Shown: positions 8,054 to 18,352, counted from the stretch's first letter. The stretch: DNA of 29,829 nucleotides from a virus (IMGVR_UViG_3300025288_000077:1-29829); one strand, 5' to 3'. Made by a program: numbers and translations. Notes: generated by a model not told the origin, from the sequence alone.

Positions 8054-11000
8054 CTCTTATTTCAATTTCAATACCATCAACCTCCTCAGACAACGTACCA
8101 CTTTGTACGGTTCTAATTAACCAAGCGTCATTACCTCCAGAATCAGTGTTGAACCTGATTACATTGTTCGTTACCCAGCCAGCCCCGAACCCCTGAAAAA
8201 GCATGGTGAAGTAAGGTAGTCCTGTTGCTGGATTTATTGGCGCAACATCCGTTGTGGTAATATTAATACCAACATCAAGTACACCTAAGTTTTCTTCAAC
8301 CACTGAAACCGTGGTTGAAGAAGTGAAAATGATCGCCCATCGACCACTAGTGGAATTTGCATTATCTATTTGAATAGGGTTATTTACTTCATCGTATTGA
8401 GCGGTGGTTGAATCCCCAATTAAATTATTACTCCAAACAGGTGCGCCTGAGTTCCAAATCTCCTGTTCAAACAAATTATAAGCTCTAGCGCCCGTATCGC
8501 CCCAAACTAAGGCTGAGGCGACTGAAGTTGTATCACTGTTATAATCATGAATTAACGGTGAAGAAAGTCCTATAACTCCATTTAGTTGGACATCCGTTGC
8601 TAACGCCATGTCTTCTATCCTATCAACGATAAAATAAGGTGCGGTTAGTGCTGTGCCATATTTATCCTGTAGGAGTAATGGTGTTCCAAAGGTTACTGTA
8701 CCTGCAATTTTATCAGCAATATATTGAACAGGATCTAATCGTTTACCGTTCGCATCTATCACCTCAATATAAGCTTGACCCGACCTTGCCAGTGTATCTA
8801 CTTGACCAGAAACAGGTGTACCACCAACTACAGGGGTTATCACCTCATTAAAAATAATTAAATGACTTCCTGATCTGAATACGGGGACTCGTCCGTCTGG
8901 CGGCAGTCTCACAGGATCTAAACCCAACAAATCAGGATCTAGTGGAAGTGTGGTTTCTGCGACCGCATCATATTTCATCGTCGCGGGTAACACTGAGTCA
9001 GTAAAATGAACATCCGCCATACCCGTCAAGGTATCCACTCTTGACGTTAGACTATCTATCGCAACACCTGTAACCACACCGTTAGCGTCAGAAGTAGCAG
9101 AGTGAGTAACCCCGTCAATCGTTGTATATCTGAGTTGGAAACTACTGGTGGTCAACTTTGTTGCGGCTGTCTTAAACGTCACATTCCCAATTGGTTCAGA
9201 ATTAACGCTTGGCGCCTCAATCACCACTTGTGTTTCATCCGTCACATAATGATTAAACCTTAAGTACATATCATTAAAACCATTAATATCACCGCCAGTT
9301 GGACTGTCAGCAAACCCTATCTCAATTTCTCCTGTATTTCGATTAAGGGTGCCTCGTTGGGTTCTATAACCATCATAGATTACATCTCCCTCGGAATGAA
9401 GTTCATGAAAAAGGTTAGAAATGTTAACAGGAAAAGTGAAATAAATATCTCCCGCTGGTGGCTGTATATTTATTTTATATTTCAGCAGACTACCATAGGT
9501 ACCCGTTATTTCAGCGTGAGGGGTAGTATTTCCTGTCTGAGCTGCTGATCTGTATTGATAAAAAACGTCATTATCACCAAGTGTATAAAAACTCAAAGCC
9601 TCCCTAATATAAAGTGGTGCTGTGCCAAAGGGGTCAGTGTATGCGGGATTAACTATACGGTGGTCTGAACGTATCATATTCAGTGATACATCACCAGATG
9701 TGTTAATTGTACCCACTAATGATGATGGGGAACTCTGAAGAATAACGGTTCCGTCAGATCTACCCGTCATTGTGACGAAGATGGGAACATCGTTTGTAGG
9801 GCTACCCGCGTAAAGGGGTATATGATCAATCAAAAATTTCATCACAAACGACCCTAAATCCGCAATGGGTTCTCCCAAATTAAAGGTTACAACACCAGTT
9901 ACAGTATCCTCTACCAATAAAACCTGATTGCCCGTAGGCGTTTTGCTCGCTGAGTTAGTCTTAATGTCTCCCGGTTGTGCAGGGTCAAAAGTGCTGAAGT
10001 TGATGGTAACGGAGTTTGTTGAACTAGTGAATCTATCTGTACGCTCCATCTTGGAAATGATCACCTTCCCTGTAACGGTGTTCAAATGACCAGTAATCCC
10101 ATAACCTGACGTATCAGTTAACACCCCTTCAGCCGTGGAACCAATAGTATTTGAGCTACCATAAAAAGGCGCACTCATCACAAAACTTAAAGGGTCGATA
10201 TTGGTGGCACCTAAATCTATTTCCGCCCACATAGATAAAGCGTTAATCACCTGATCAACTGGTGGTGCAGCATTCGTTGTGGTAGCTGCTCGATTAGTAA
10301 GCCGCTCATTACTCGCCCAACTGAAGATGATTGTACTGTCTTGGTCAGGTAGCGCTCCAAGAGTCAACGATACTGTACCTGTCCCATCACCATTATTATT
10401 AAGTAACCCGGCACCAATCGTAGGATCATCACCTAAAGTGCCGTCATAATAACCTTGTATGCGTTGCCACTTCCCTTGACTCCGGTAATCTACATATAAG
10501 TCTTGACTCTGAGGTAAAGGACTCAGGTTTCTTACAAAAACCAGACCCTGATTCTCAGAGGTAACTAAGATTCCACTGGTAAATTGGGCACTGGATTCTA
10601 CAGTGTTGGCTGCGGTATATAAGATTATATCATTGTGTCCACTATTACCTACCCCGAACCCCGAAAGAACACTGTTAATTGTTTTATTAATATAATCTAC
10701 AGAACCGACTACTAATCCAGTTACTGAGTTTATAATGTTACCTTTCCCATCGTCATCAAAATCAGCAATACCTCCATCATAATGTAATGTGTTTGGTGTA
10801 ATCGGTTGGTTTAATACTAAACTATAAGGTGCAGCACTATCAGATAATAAACCCACCGTATCACCTGCTGCGATACCCGTGGTAATCAAACTAGAGCCAC
10901 GATTCAGCACGTCTTTATTAATCAACGGGGTTTGAGATTTAGCCGCCGGAACTACTTGTTCAAAAATACTGTCTACTTTAATGTTCGTTTCACCTATTAG

Positions 11001-11717
11001 AGCGTTTAATGCCAGGGTTTTAGTGCTGTAAAATTTAGCAGCATCAGACACCTGTGTGGCAAAGGTGTCTGCGGTGTTAACTGTTTGTCCTGTTGGGTCA
11101 AATACGCTACCGACAAATGCAGTCTTAAGCGGTTGCTCTATTTCACAAATAATCCGTCTACGCTTAAAATCAACGGGTTGACCACCAATAAAATAAGTAA
11201 AAGTCACCTCTTGGGTATCGAGTGATGCAACTCTAACATATTGCTCAATTAAATCAGGGTTACGAAGCATGTAAACCTCACCTACTGAAGGTGGTGTAGC
11301 TGATAAATGCTGTAACCATGTTACCACTTTAGCCCCTTCAATATGATTTCCAAATAAATAAAATTCTTCTTTATAGCTGGCAGTAACATAAGATTCAATT
11401 TTATTTTGAGCGGCTAATCGCGTGTCATTCGGGCTATTCGTGTGGAAGATTAACGCTGAAACTTTAGGATCCGTTGGTGTCTTCCTCAACATGGCATGGG
11501 CACCATAGTAAATGTCACGGTTTGAGGTGGCTACGGTTGGAAAGATCTTTCTCAATGCCACGTCACCAGAGGTGGTATCAATCCTTGATATATCGGGGAA
11601 TAGGTTATTGACGTCACCATCAATCAGTTCCGCGCTGGTTCGACTACCTCCACCAGAATCGTTATCCGTATTATCCTGTGACTGATATATCTTAATGTCA
11701 TTATTGGTGATTGCCAT
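8040..11717 (-). CDS. Large tail/baseplate structural protein
   Basis: 1225 aa, Gly/Thr/Asp-rich beta protein; N-terminus (GGG...DG.VNNLFPDIS.ID...G.V.LRK.F) resembles siphophage tail proteins; downstream of the tape measure gene. Confidence 0.75.
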   Translation of the reverse strand: MAITNNDIKIYQSQDNTDNDSGGGSRTSAELIDGDVNNLFPDISRIDTTSGDVALRKIFPTVATSNRDIYYGAHAMLRKTPTDPKVSALIFHTNSPNDTRLAAQNKIESYVTASYKEEFYLFGNHIEGAKVVTWLQHLSATPPSVGEVYMLRNPDLIEQYVRVASLDTQEVTFTYFIGGQPVDFKRRRIICEIEQPLKTAFVGSVFDPTGQTVNTADTFATQVSDAAKFYSTKTLALNALIGETNIKVDSIFEQVVPAAKSQTPLINKDVLNRGSSLITTGIAAGDTVGLLSDSAAPYSLVLNQPITPNTLHYDGGIADFDDDGKGNIINSVTGLVVGSVDYINKTINSVLSGFGVGNSGHNDIILYTAANTVESSAQFTSGILVTSENQGLVFVRNLSPLPQSQDLYVDYRSQGKWQRIQGYYDGTLGDDPTIGAGLLNNNGDGTGTVSLTLGALPDQDSTIIFSWASNERLTNRAATTTNAAPPVDQVINALSMWAEIDLGATNIDPLSFVMSAPFYGSSNTIGSTAEGVLTDTSGYGITGHLNTVTGKVIISKMERTDRFTSSTNSVTINFSTFDPAQPGDIKTNSASKTPTGNQVLLVEDTVTGVVTFNLGEPIADLGSFVMKFLIDHIPLYAGSPTNDVPIFVTMTGRSDGTVILQSSPSSLVGTINTSGDVSLNMIRSDHRIVNPAYTDPFGTAPLYIREALSFYTLGDNDVFYQYRSAAQTGNTTPHAEITGTYGSLLKYKINIQPPAGDIYFTFPVNISNLFHELHSEGDVIYDGYRTQRGTLNRNTGEIEIGFADSPTGGDINGFNDMYLRFNHYVTDETQVVIEAPSVNSEPIGNVTFKTAATKLTTSSFQLRYTTIDGVTHSATSDANGVVTGVAIDSLTSRVDTLTGMADVHFTDSVLPATMKYDAVAETTLPLDPDLLGLDPVRLPPDGRVPVFRSGSHLIIFNEVITPVVGGTPVSGQVDTLARSGQAYIEVIDANGKRLDPVQYIADKIAGTVTFGTPLLLQDKYGTALTAPYFIVDRIEDMALATDVQLNGVIGLSSPLIHDYNSDTTSVASALVWGDTGARAYNLFEQEIWNSGAPVWSNNLIGDSTTAQYDEVNNPIQIDNANSTSGRWAIIFTSSTTVSVVEENLGVLDVGINITTTDVAPINPATGLPYFTMLFQGFGAGWVTNNVIRFNTDSGGNDAWLIRTVQSGTLSEEVDGIEIEIRGDAN

Positions 11718-11718
11718 G

Positions 11719-12117
11719 TTATACTTCCATTAAATTAATAGTGAGTGAATAATAGTCATTATCGGTGACAGCATTAAGGTTTTTTCGGTGAACTTGTTTT
11801 GGTTCAATCGAGGGTTTCGATCTGTCAAACATCACGTTGAAAGTCCTTCCGTCTGATAAAGTAAGAACATAAACATTGTTTATAATTCGTGAGGCGGTGT
11901 AAAGCGAATCTACCACTGATTTAAGAACCCACACGGATTCACCACCACTCAAAGTGATCGGTCTACCCGCGAGTTTTATCGACTCAGAAATAACTAAACC
12001 TCCACCAATTGTTGGTTGTACGTCCTGACCAATGTTAGACCACGTATACTCGTCTGTCCACTCAAGAGCATTGGGTAATTGGATAATCGCATTAACCCCG
12101 TCATTTAATGTAATCAT
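11719..12117 (-). CDS. Distal-tail-like protein
   Basis: 132 aa directly after the tape measure gene; W.DEY.W and GRPITL motifs typical of that position. Confidence 0.65.
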   Translation of the reverse strand: MITLNDGVNAIIQLPNALEWTDEYTWSNIGQDVQPTIGGGLVISESIKLAGRPITLSGGESVWVLKSVVDSLYTASRIINNVYVLTLSDGRTFNVMFDRSKPSIEPKQVHRKNLNAVTDNDYYSLTINLMEV

Positions 12118-15100
12118 TTAGCCTCCATTAATATTAATTTCACCCAACGCCGCTAACGCCGCTAACAAGGCATCTGCATCAGATTGACTAGCCACGTTTA
12201 AACCAACCGTGTTGCCCTGAGGGAGTGTTAATTCTATTCTAACCGTTTGACCGCTCCCTGTCACGTTTGGTGTAGGGTTAAATGTTGTGCTGTTAGGATT
12301 AGTATTCGTATTGGTATTATTGTTGTTATTATTATTATTATTATTATTGTTCTTGGTTCCAAACTGTTGTGTAAATTCAATATCTTGAGCACGTTTTAAA
12401 TCAGCAATCGCTTGGTTAATTTTATCTATCAGGTTTCGGTCTTTAGAGGTTTCAGCTTGTTTCAGTAACTCTAACAAGTCATCCATTTCTCGTTTAAATT
12501 TACGCTTCACGATATCTTGCTCTTTACCTAATAACGCATCTAGCCGATCTTCAACGGTGGAAAATGCACTGTTGATTGTTGAGTCCAGACTAGCAAATTC
12601 ACGCCTTGCACTAGCAATAGATTGGCGTAAAGGGTCAAGTTGTGAACCATCGAGAAGATTAAACTTACTATCTAAATTTACAACCGCTTTATCCATGTCC
12701 TTGATTGAAAGTTCACCTGAATCAATCCGATCTTTTAATTCTTTCATTGCGGCAATTTGTAGTAGAAACGCTTTCTCAGCTCGAAGTCCTGCGCCTTCAA
12801 TTCTAAGTAGCGCCTCCGATAAACCGATGGCGGGGTTTCCTGCGCTGCGCATCGCACGGTCGAGGTCAAGTAGTTTTAAGTGTAAATCCGCGATTTTTTC
12901 AGCAACGTCCTCTGAAGAAGCCGCGGTCGCATCGAACTCCTCGCTTATGTCAATCTTTTTAAGTCCAAGAAATTCTCTTGCCAAGTTTCCTGTCGCTTTA
13001 GATAACTGGTCTGCCTTACTGATAGCTTGGTTCATCGCCTCAGCCAGAACCAAGCCAAGTCCTTCTGAGGAACTTTCTACAGCATTATTATTTTCCTGTA
13101 GTGCGACCGTTGAAGATTCCACTGACTCAACGACCGAATCAAAAGCTTTGCTGGTAGCAACAAGATTGTCCGTGTGGTCTTTTAACGCGTTACCCAAAAA
13201 ATCAGTAGTGACATTGAGTAATTTTAACGCCTCGTCATATTGACTAATTGAAATTGTTCCAGACTCATATTGATTCTTTAGCTCATCCAGCTTTAAATTA
13301 TGCTGAGTTTGAACATCCAGCAATTCAAAGATGGTCTTATTCTCTAACTCTTGTTGTATCCTTCTTTTTTCAATGGTTATCGCTATTTCTTCATTAATCG
13401 CTTTTATCTGAGTTTCAATGTCGAACTTTTCCTTGTCCAACTCAACCAACTTCCTGTCTTGTGTCTCAAGCTCTTTTTTCTTAGTGGTTAAATCAACCAA
13501 TGTGGAAGATAAAGACCTTACTTTTTCTGAGGATTCGCTATACAACCGATTTAACTCAGATTCACCTGACGCCGCCTTATCCTCAGCGGTATTGAGGAGT
13601 TTCATCGCTTTTTGTAATGCGATGATTTGAATTTCCTTTTCTGAGATAGTTAAGTTGCCTTCTTTAAAAGCCAAAATAGTTTGTTGTTCGAGTTCTAAAA
13701 GTCGTTGTCTGTCAAGGTGTGATTCCTTAATCACACCTTGAAGCGCGTTATTTACCGCAATTTCTTTTTCGTTCGCCGCTATAAGTTCACCAGCAGATAA
13801 CTCATTTCTTTTATTCTGTGCGTCCCTACTTGCTGCGTTTAACTCTTCAATTCGACCTAACCTAACCAAGGTTGCTGTAAACTCAATGGCTTTTTGATCT
13901 GCTTCACCTGTTATGGTCGTTGTCGCTAACAGGGTTTCAAGTTGAGCTTTCTGCGCGGGATCTAACTGGTCTAACACTGTTTTATATTTAGCAACGGCCT
14001 TATGTAAATCTTCAAACGCGCCTGAACTCTCTCCCGCAATCCTTCGTCCTGAACTTGCTATTCGGTTTAAATTTTCCTCAATTTTAGCGGCGAGTCCTTT
14101 GTTTTGTTTTTTGAGATCTTCTATTAATTGTTTATTGGCATCGGATAAACCAACAAGGGTATCTGTAAACTCTAAAGTTTTAATCTTCAATTCGTTGAAT
14201 ACGATAATAGCACCCCGAACTGCCGCCACCGTTAAGTCTATTCCTGAACGTAAACCTAGTAAAAAATTAACAAGCAATGTACCTGTTTTTGTCGTGTCCT
14301 CAATAACGGTGCCTAAATCGTTTATGAAAACTACAACATCAGCTAAAATTTCACCAAAATCACTTAACGCATTAAAGACTGAGACTACCGCCGCTTCATT
14401 GTCTTTAAGTGAAGCGGTAGCCATTGCGATACCTTCAGCCGTTTCATCAGTGTAAGCCTTACCAATAGCTGTTTCGAGTTTGACAAATAGGTTATTAACC
14501 CTCGTTAGGGCTGATTCTTGATTAGCAAAAGCTTTATTAGCTTCCTTATAGTGCTCATTAGCCGCTGCCGTAAATTCTCCCGATTTGCGTATCGCAACAC
14601 CTACCCTATCAGCATTGTTAGCCAATATACCCAATACAGCTACAGCACGATTACTGGTGATACCGAATTGTTCAAGAACGTCTTTGGTGAGCTTACTCTC
14701 ACCATTCAATCGGTTTAAACCTTTAACAAAGGCTTCTAACACGACCTCAGGCTTATCTTTCAGATTTTCTACAATCGCATCACCCGTTAAGCCCGTAACT
14801 TCAGCAAGTCTACTTAACTCATCACCACCTTTGTTAGCCGCATTGGCAATCACGTCAGCCAGTTCTTGTATCGCGTTTCGTGATCGTTCTGCGGGTTGTC
14901 CTAACTCAGCTAATACTGTGCCAAAAGCTGCTGCTGCACTCGACCCAAGGTTTATTGAGCTTGTACCCGTCAATATCTCCTTGGTCATGTTGACTATCTC
15001 ATCCTCGGCCACAGCAAATTCGTTACCTAAGCCAACCACTGTTGAAGCTAAACCGTCTATAGCGGGTATACCTTCACCCGTCATTCTTAATATTCGCGTA

Positions 15101-16644
15101 AGTAACGTGGCAGCCTCTTCACCTGCTAAATTAGTGGATACATTTAACGCATCAGCAACGGCCACCATTTTAAGTAAATTGACGCTGCCCTTAACCCCCA
15201 ACTGACCTGCTATCTCTGCATATTTCAATAACTCGTTAGCGGCAGTTGGTGTTATGTCAGTGGCCATACGTTGTAATTCATCACCCATGGCTTCAATTTC
15301 ACGCCTGGCCGCGTCTGTTGTTTTTTGTACCTTGGTTATCGCCACCTCGTATTGACTGTAAGCACCAACCCCTGCCGCCACAGCTTGCGCTGCCTTCTGT
15401 GCCGCAATAATTACAGTATATGCTTGAGCAAGTCTCCTAGTGGCCTGAGTAAGTAGATCGGTATTTCTCGTTCCTTTTTTAAAAGCTGTGCCACTATTAA
15501 CAATTTCATGATTAGCTTTTTTTATTTGCGCTTCGGTGAGTTTCGATTGTTGTCTGACCTTGGCTGTAGCATTGGCGTATTCAGCCTGAGAGATTTTTCC
15601 TTTTTTCAACTGTGCGTTCAAACTTTGAATTGCAATACTGTATTCAAAAGTAGCTCTAGCGACCCGCTCTTGTTCTTGTTTTAGTTTTATACTGGCAACG
15701 GCAGCTTCTTTGGCAGCAAGGACTCTTTTCTTTTCAGCCGCAATCAATCGGTTATCCGCTTCAATTGCCTCACGTTTAGCCCTATCATCAGCCTCAACTG
15801 CTTTCTTGGTTGCGGTTATTTGTTTTGTTGTGAGATTTAACGCGTTTCTTAGTTTCTCTTCGGATTTAATTAACTTACCAGCGGTTATTAGCCCTTCTCG
15901 CTGAGCGGTAGTTAACGAAATTAAACCCTTCTCATATTTAATCAACCCTTGGGTAATTCTCTGTTCTTCGTTCGCTTGGAGTTGATCTGCTTTAATCTTC
16001 TCTTTGGACGCTTTAATCTGAGCGTTAAGTGCGTGAAGGTTTGCATCTGCGGCTTTGCGTAAAACTTCAGACCTCGCCTTTTCACCTTCGACTGATCGTT
16101 GTGTCGCTAAAGAAGCTTCTTTTTCTATCGCTATTTTCTTCTGTAAAGCAATGGCGTTTTTATTATAAGTGGCGTTAAGTTTAGAAGACTGAATAGAGGC
16201 TTCTTTAATCTTTTGCGTGAGAATTTCTTGATTCTTAGTTGAGGTTCTTAAATCTAACCCGTTTCTTTTTAAAGCGTTAGCTTGTTTATCTCGCTCCAGA
16301 GTGAGTGCACGTAATTCCTTCTGTTGCTCTTTTAAAGCAATCTTAGATTTTTCTACCGCGACACGTTCTTCAATCGTTGCATTTTTATTTTTCTTTAATG
16401 ATTTACTTGCGTCTTCATAGGCCACTTTAGATTTAATGACTTCATTCTCTAATTCAGACACTTCAACCTTCAAGGCTTCGTAGCTAGATAAGATGCTTTG
16501 TGACACCTTTAAATCATTCAAGCTGCGTTCAGCCTTTATTGCAGCAGCTTGAAGTCCATCCAGCCCTTCAGAAGCTTTTCTTAATTCGTCGGTGGTGAGA
16601 TTTGTGGCATCTATGATTAAATCAATGCGTTCTTCGGTTGACAT
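12118..16644 (-). CDS. Tail tape measure protein
   Basis: 1508 aa, Ala/Leu/Lys/Glu-rich helical protein, TP901-like core (YE.AITKVQKTTD...AGQLGV), GGAG RBS, follows the major tail gene. Confidence 0.93.
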   Translation of the reverse strand: MSTEERIDLIIDATNLTTDELRKASEGLDGLQAAAIKAERSLNDLKVSQSILSSYEALKVEVSELENEVIKSKVAYEDASKSLKKNKNATIEERVAVEKSKIALKEQQKELRALTLERDKQANALKRNGLDLRTSTKNQEILTQKIKEASIQSSKLNATYNKNAIALQKKIAIEKEASLATQRSVEGEKARSEVLRKAADANLHALNAQIKASKEKIKADQLQANEEQRITQGLIKYEKGLISLTTAQREGLITAGKLIKSEEKLRNALNLTTKQITATKKAVEADDRAKREAIEADNRLIAAEKKRVLAAKEAAVASIKLKQEQERVARATFEYSIAIQSLNAQLKKGKISQAEYANATAKVRQQSKLTEAQIKKANHEIVNSGTAFKKGTRNTDLLTQATRRLAQAYTVIIAAQKAAQAVAAGVGAYSQYEVAITKVQKTTDAARREIEAMGDELQRMATDITPTAANELLKYAEIAGQLGVKGSVNLLKMVAVADALNVSTNLAGEEAATLLTRILRMTGEGIPAIDGLASTVVGLGNEFAVAEDEIVNMTKEILTGTSSINLGSSAAAAFGTVLAELGQPAERSRNAIQELADVIANAANKGGDELSRLAEVTGLTGDAIVENLKDKPEVVLEAFVKGLNRLNGESKLTKDVLEQFGITSNRAVAVLGILANNADRVGVAIRKSGEFTAAANEHYKEANKAFANQESALTRVNNLFVKLETAIGKAYTDETAEGIAMATASLKDNEAAVVSVFNALSDFGEILADVVVFINDLGTVIEDTTKTGTLLVNFLLGLRSGIDLTVAAVRGAIIVFNELKIKTLEFTDTLVGLSDANKQLIEDLKKQNKGLAAKIEENLNRIASSGRRIAGESSGAFEDLHKAVAKYKTVLDQLDPAQKAQLETLLATTTITGEADQKAIEFTATLVRLGRIEELNAASRDAQNKRNELSAGELIAANEKEIAVNNALQGVIKESHLDRQRLLELEQQTILAFKEGNLTISEKEIQIIALQKAMKLLNTAEDKAASGESELNRLYSESSEKVRSLSSTLVDLTTKKKELETQDRKLVELDKEKFDIETQIKAINEEIAITIEKRRIQQELENKTIFELLDVQTQHNLKLDELKNQYESGTISISQYDEALKLLNVTTDFLGNALKDHTDNLVATSKAFDSVVESVESSTVALQENNNAVESSSEGLGLVLAEAMNQAISKADQLSKATGNLAREFLGLKKIDISEEFDATAASSEDVAEKIADLHLKLLDLDRAMRSAGNPAIGLSEALLRIEGAGLRAEKAFLLQIAAMKELKDRIDSGELSIKDMDKAVVNLDSKFNLLDGSQLDPLRQSIASARREFASLDSTINSAFSTVEDRLDALLGKEQDIVKRKFKREMDDLLELLKQAETSKDRNLIDKINQAIADLKRAQDIEFTQQFGTKNNNNNNNNNNNNTNTNTNPNSTTFNPTPNVTGSGQTVRIELTLPQGNTVGLNVASQSDADALLAALAALGEININGG
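12316..12351 (-). repeat. AAT/AAC trinucleotide run encoding 12 Asn in the tape measure C-terminus
   Basis: 12 consecutive Asn codons including (AAT)7 at 12328-12348. Confidence 0.9.
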
Positions 16645-16658
16645 TCAACGACTCCAAT

Positions 16659-16689
16659 AAAAAAGGGCTACTATAGAGTAACCCTTTTT
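16659..16689 (-). terminator. Rho-independent terminator after the major tail gene
   Basis: - strand GGGTTAC-TCTATA-GTAGCCC followed by T6; flanking A/T runs extend the stem. Confidence 0.75.
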
Positions 16690-16709
16690 GGATAAAAACA
16701 ATATTAAAA

Positions 16710-17459
16710 TTAACCCTGTGGCGAGGTAATCTTAATAAACTTAGATAAACCTGCACCAATGATGTTCTCATCTTTCAATAAGTCAAAAGTCAGCGGTAAT
16801 GATCCAAAATCATCAGAAATCAAAGATAACGCTTGTGTAGGGTTAAACTTAATTCGGTGACCTTGTACACTCACGGGTTTTCCTGAATCAGCCTCATTAA
16901 GGCCATCAAACACCATTCGGTATTCCTTACCTGAAGCCGTAAGTCCTTCCACCTCAAACGATGCCAATGAATTATAATTCACCTCTAAAGTCGCGGCATC
17001 AGGAATAGCTCCAGTAGAAGGTATGACGATACCGTTATTTTTCAAGATCCAATCTGTACCTTGTGTATAAGAAGGTACACCGCCTGTACCTGTAACAGTA
17101 ACAGCTTGGCTGGAATCTAACAGTTTATTAAATAAAATAAATCCGTCAGTATGAGCCGTATGCGTCTCAGCCGCTACTGCTGAAGCCGCCACAGAATTAA
17201 CCAATCCGCGCAAAGCTAATGCGATATTTTGAGCGTTCATGTTCAACACGGTTAAAGAGGCTGTAACACTAGAGATACGGGACACTGTATTAACTACCGC
17301 TCCCCCCGCATCTTCAAAGTCTTTTTGCTCTTTTTTGTCCTCGTTAAACGCTAAATCAAGCGTAGAACAGTTACCAAGAGGAAGTAGACCTGTAGATCCG
17401 CCTATCTCCTCCGCATAAATCGTACCTTTACCAATAAAGGATTTAGTCGCTATAGTCAT
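16710..17459 (-). CDS. Major tail tube protein
   Basis: 249 aa; SFIGKG.IY, LGNC..L.L and P...L.LISDDF..L motifs; strong GAGGA RBS; followed by a terminator and the tape measure gene. Confidence 0.85.
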   Translation of the reverse strand: MTIATKSFIGKGTIYAEEIGGSTGLLPLGNCSTLDLAFNEDKKEQKDFEDAGGAVVNTVSRISSVTASLTVLNMNAQNIALALRGLVNSVAASAVAAETHTAHTDGFILFNKLLDSSQAVTVTGTGGVPSYTQGTDWILKNNGIVIPSTGAIPDAATLEVNYNSLASFEVEGLTASGKEYRMVFDGLNEADSGKPVSVQGHRIKFNPTQALSLISDDFGSLPLTFDLLKDENIIGAGLSKFIKITSPQG

Positions 17460-17477
17460 TTATATTTCCTCGGTTAA

Positions 17478-17603
17478 TTAAATCAGCCCACGTTTGTTCA
17501 TTTCTTTTGCTTGATGCTCTGTCACATCAATCTCTTTTCCCGCTTTAAATTCTTTATTTTTATAAACACAATCTTTTAATAACTTAACTTTGATAATTTT
17601 CAT
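17478..17603 (-). CDS. Small conserved-looking phage protein (41 aa)
   Basis: Below the ORF-track cutoff: MKIIKVKLLKDCVYKNKEFKAGKEIDVTEHQAKEMNKRGLI. GAGG RBS; starts immediately after the GroES stop and fills the gap to the major tail gene. Confidence 0.75.
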   Translation of the reverse strand: MKIIKVKLLKDCVYKNKEFKAGKEIDVTEHQAKEMNKRGLI

Positions 17604-17903
17604 TTAAACACCCTCTATTATGTAATAAATACAATCTTCTGGTATAGCCAGCCACTTTTCACCGTCAAGAGACTCCGGGACGCCTGTGCCAGTTCCTTTA
17701 GGTATTCTAACACGCATTCCCTTTTTCAAAAAAGGCGTGCGTAATGACCCATCCCTATGATAGCTTATCTGGTTGGGTATTAAAACTTCAGCTAAAGTGG
17801 ATTCTTCTAAAGCGTCTTTGGGTAATAATATACTACCGATCTTAACATCATTAGGTATAACTCTTACAATTACATTGTCGTGTAGCGGTGTTATTTTGTT
17901 CAT
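17604..17903 (-). CDS. groES: GroES/Cpn10-like co-chaperonin
   Basis: 99 aa; I.PLHD.VIV N-terminus, mobile-loop-like IGSILLP, ...LKKGMRV..., DGEKWLAIPEDCI parallel GroES motifs. Confidence 0.85.
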   Translation of the reverse strand: MNKITPLHDNVIVRVIPNDVKIGSILLPKDALEESTLAEVLIPNQISYHRDGSLRTPFLKKGMRVRIPKGTGTGVPESLDGEKWLAIPEDCIYYIIEGV

Positions 17904-18352
17904 GAGTGCGTTACCACGTATCTAATATTCACTGACATTTCAAAAAAAGCGTATTGGTCTTTACTGTCAGGTAAGTTGAAGACCACGCCACCTGTGGTGA
18001 TTTCAATGGCTTTAGAATTAGTGCCATCATTCCATTTTGGTATAAACAACGCTGTTCTAACCTTTTTAACCAACTCATTTAATTGACTACTTACTAAAGT
18101 TCTATCAACACTGGACACTGCACCGATAAGTTTCAAATTATGGGTGATTAACGCTTTAGGTGAATCACTTTTCCAATTAATCTCATCACTCTCAGGTTGT
18201 ATGGCTACCGCCGGGAAACTTTTACCGCCTGTACCATTAATTAAATCGTTAGCATAATGTACCATATAACCCTCAAGCACACTAACTCCATTAATCGCAT
18301 TTAACTTAGCGGTTATGTCGGTGGTGATTATGTCATCAATGAGCGTAGTCAT
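17900..18352 (-). CDS. Tail terminator/completion protein (lambda gpU-like, putative)
   Basis: 150 aa, FPAVAIQP motif, positioned between the gpZ-like and major tail genes. Confidence 0.65.
   Translation of the reverse strand: MTTLIDDIITTDITAKLNAINGVSVLEGYMVHYANDLINGTGGKSFPAVAIQPESDEINWKSDSPKALITHNLKLIGAVSSVDRTLVSSQLNELVKKVRTALFIPKWNDGTNSKAIEITTGGVVFNLPDSKDQYAFFEMSVNIRYVVTHS

Noticed and set aside
12557-15904. Long plus-strand ORFs opposite the tape measure gene (228, 206, 118 aa and others)
   Set aside because: Ser/Leu/Ala-rich antisense frames expected from the codon bias of the real gene.
17535-17545. In-phase slippery-like G GGA AAA in the 41-aa ORF as a G/GT-type frameshift
   Set aside because: The -1 frame reaches TGA within three codons, so no extended product results.
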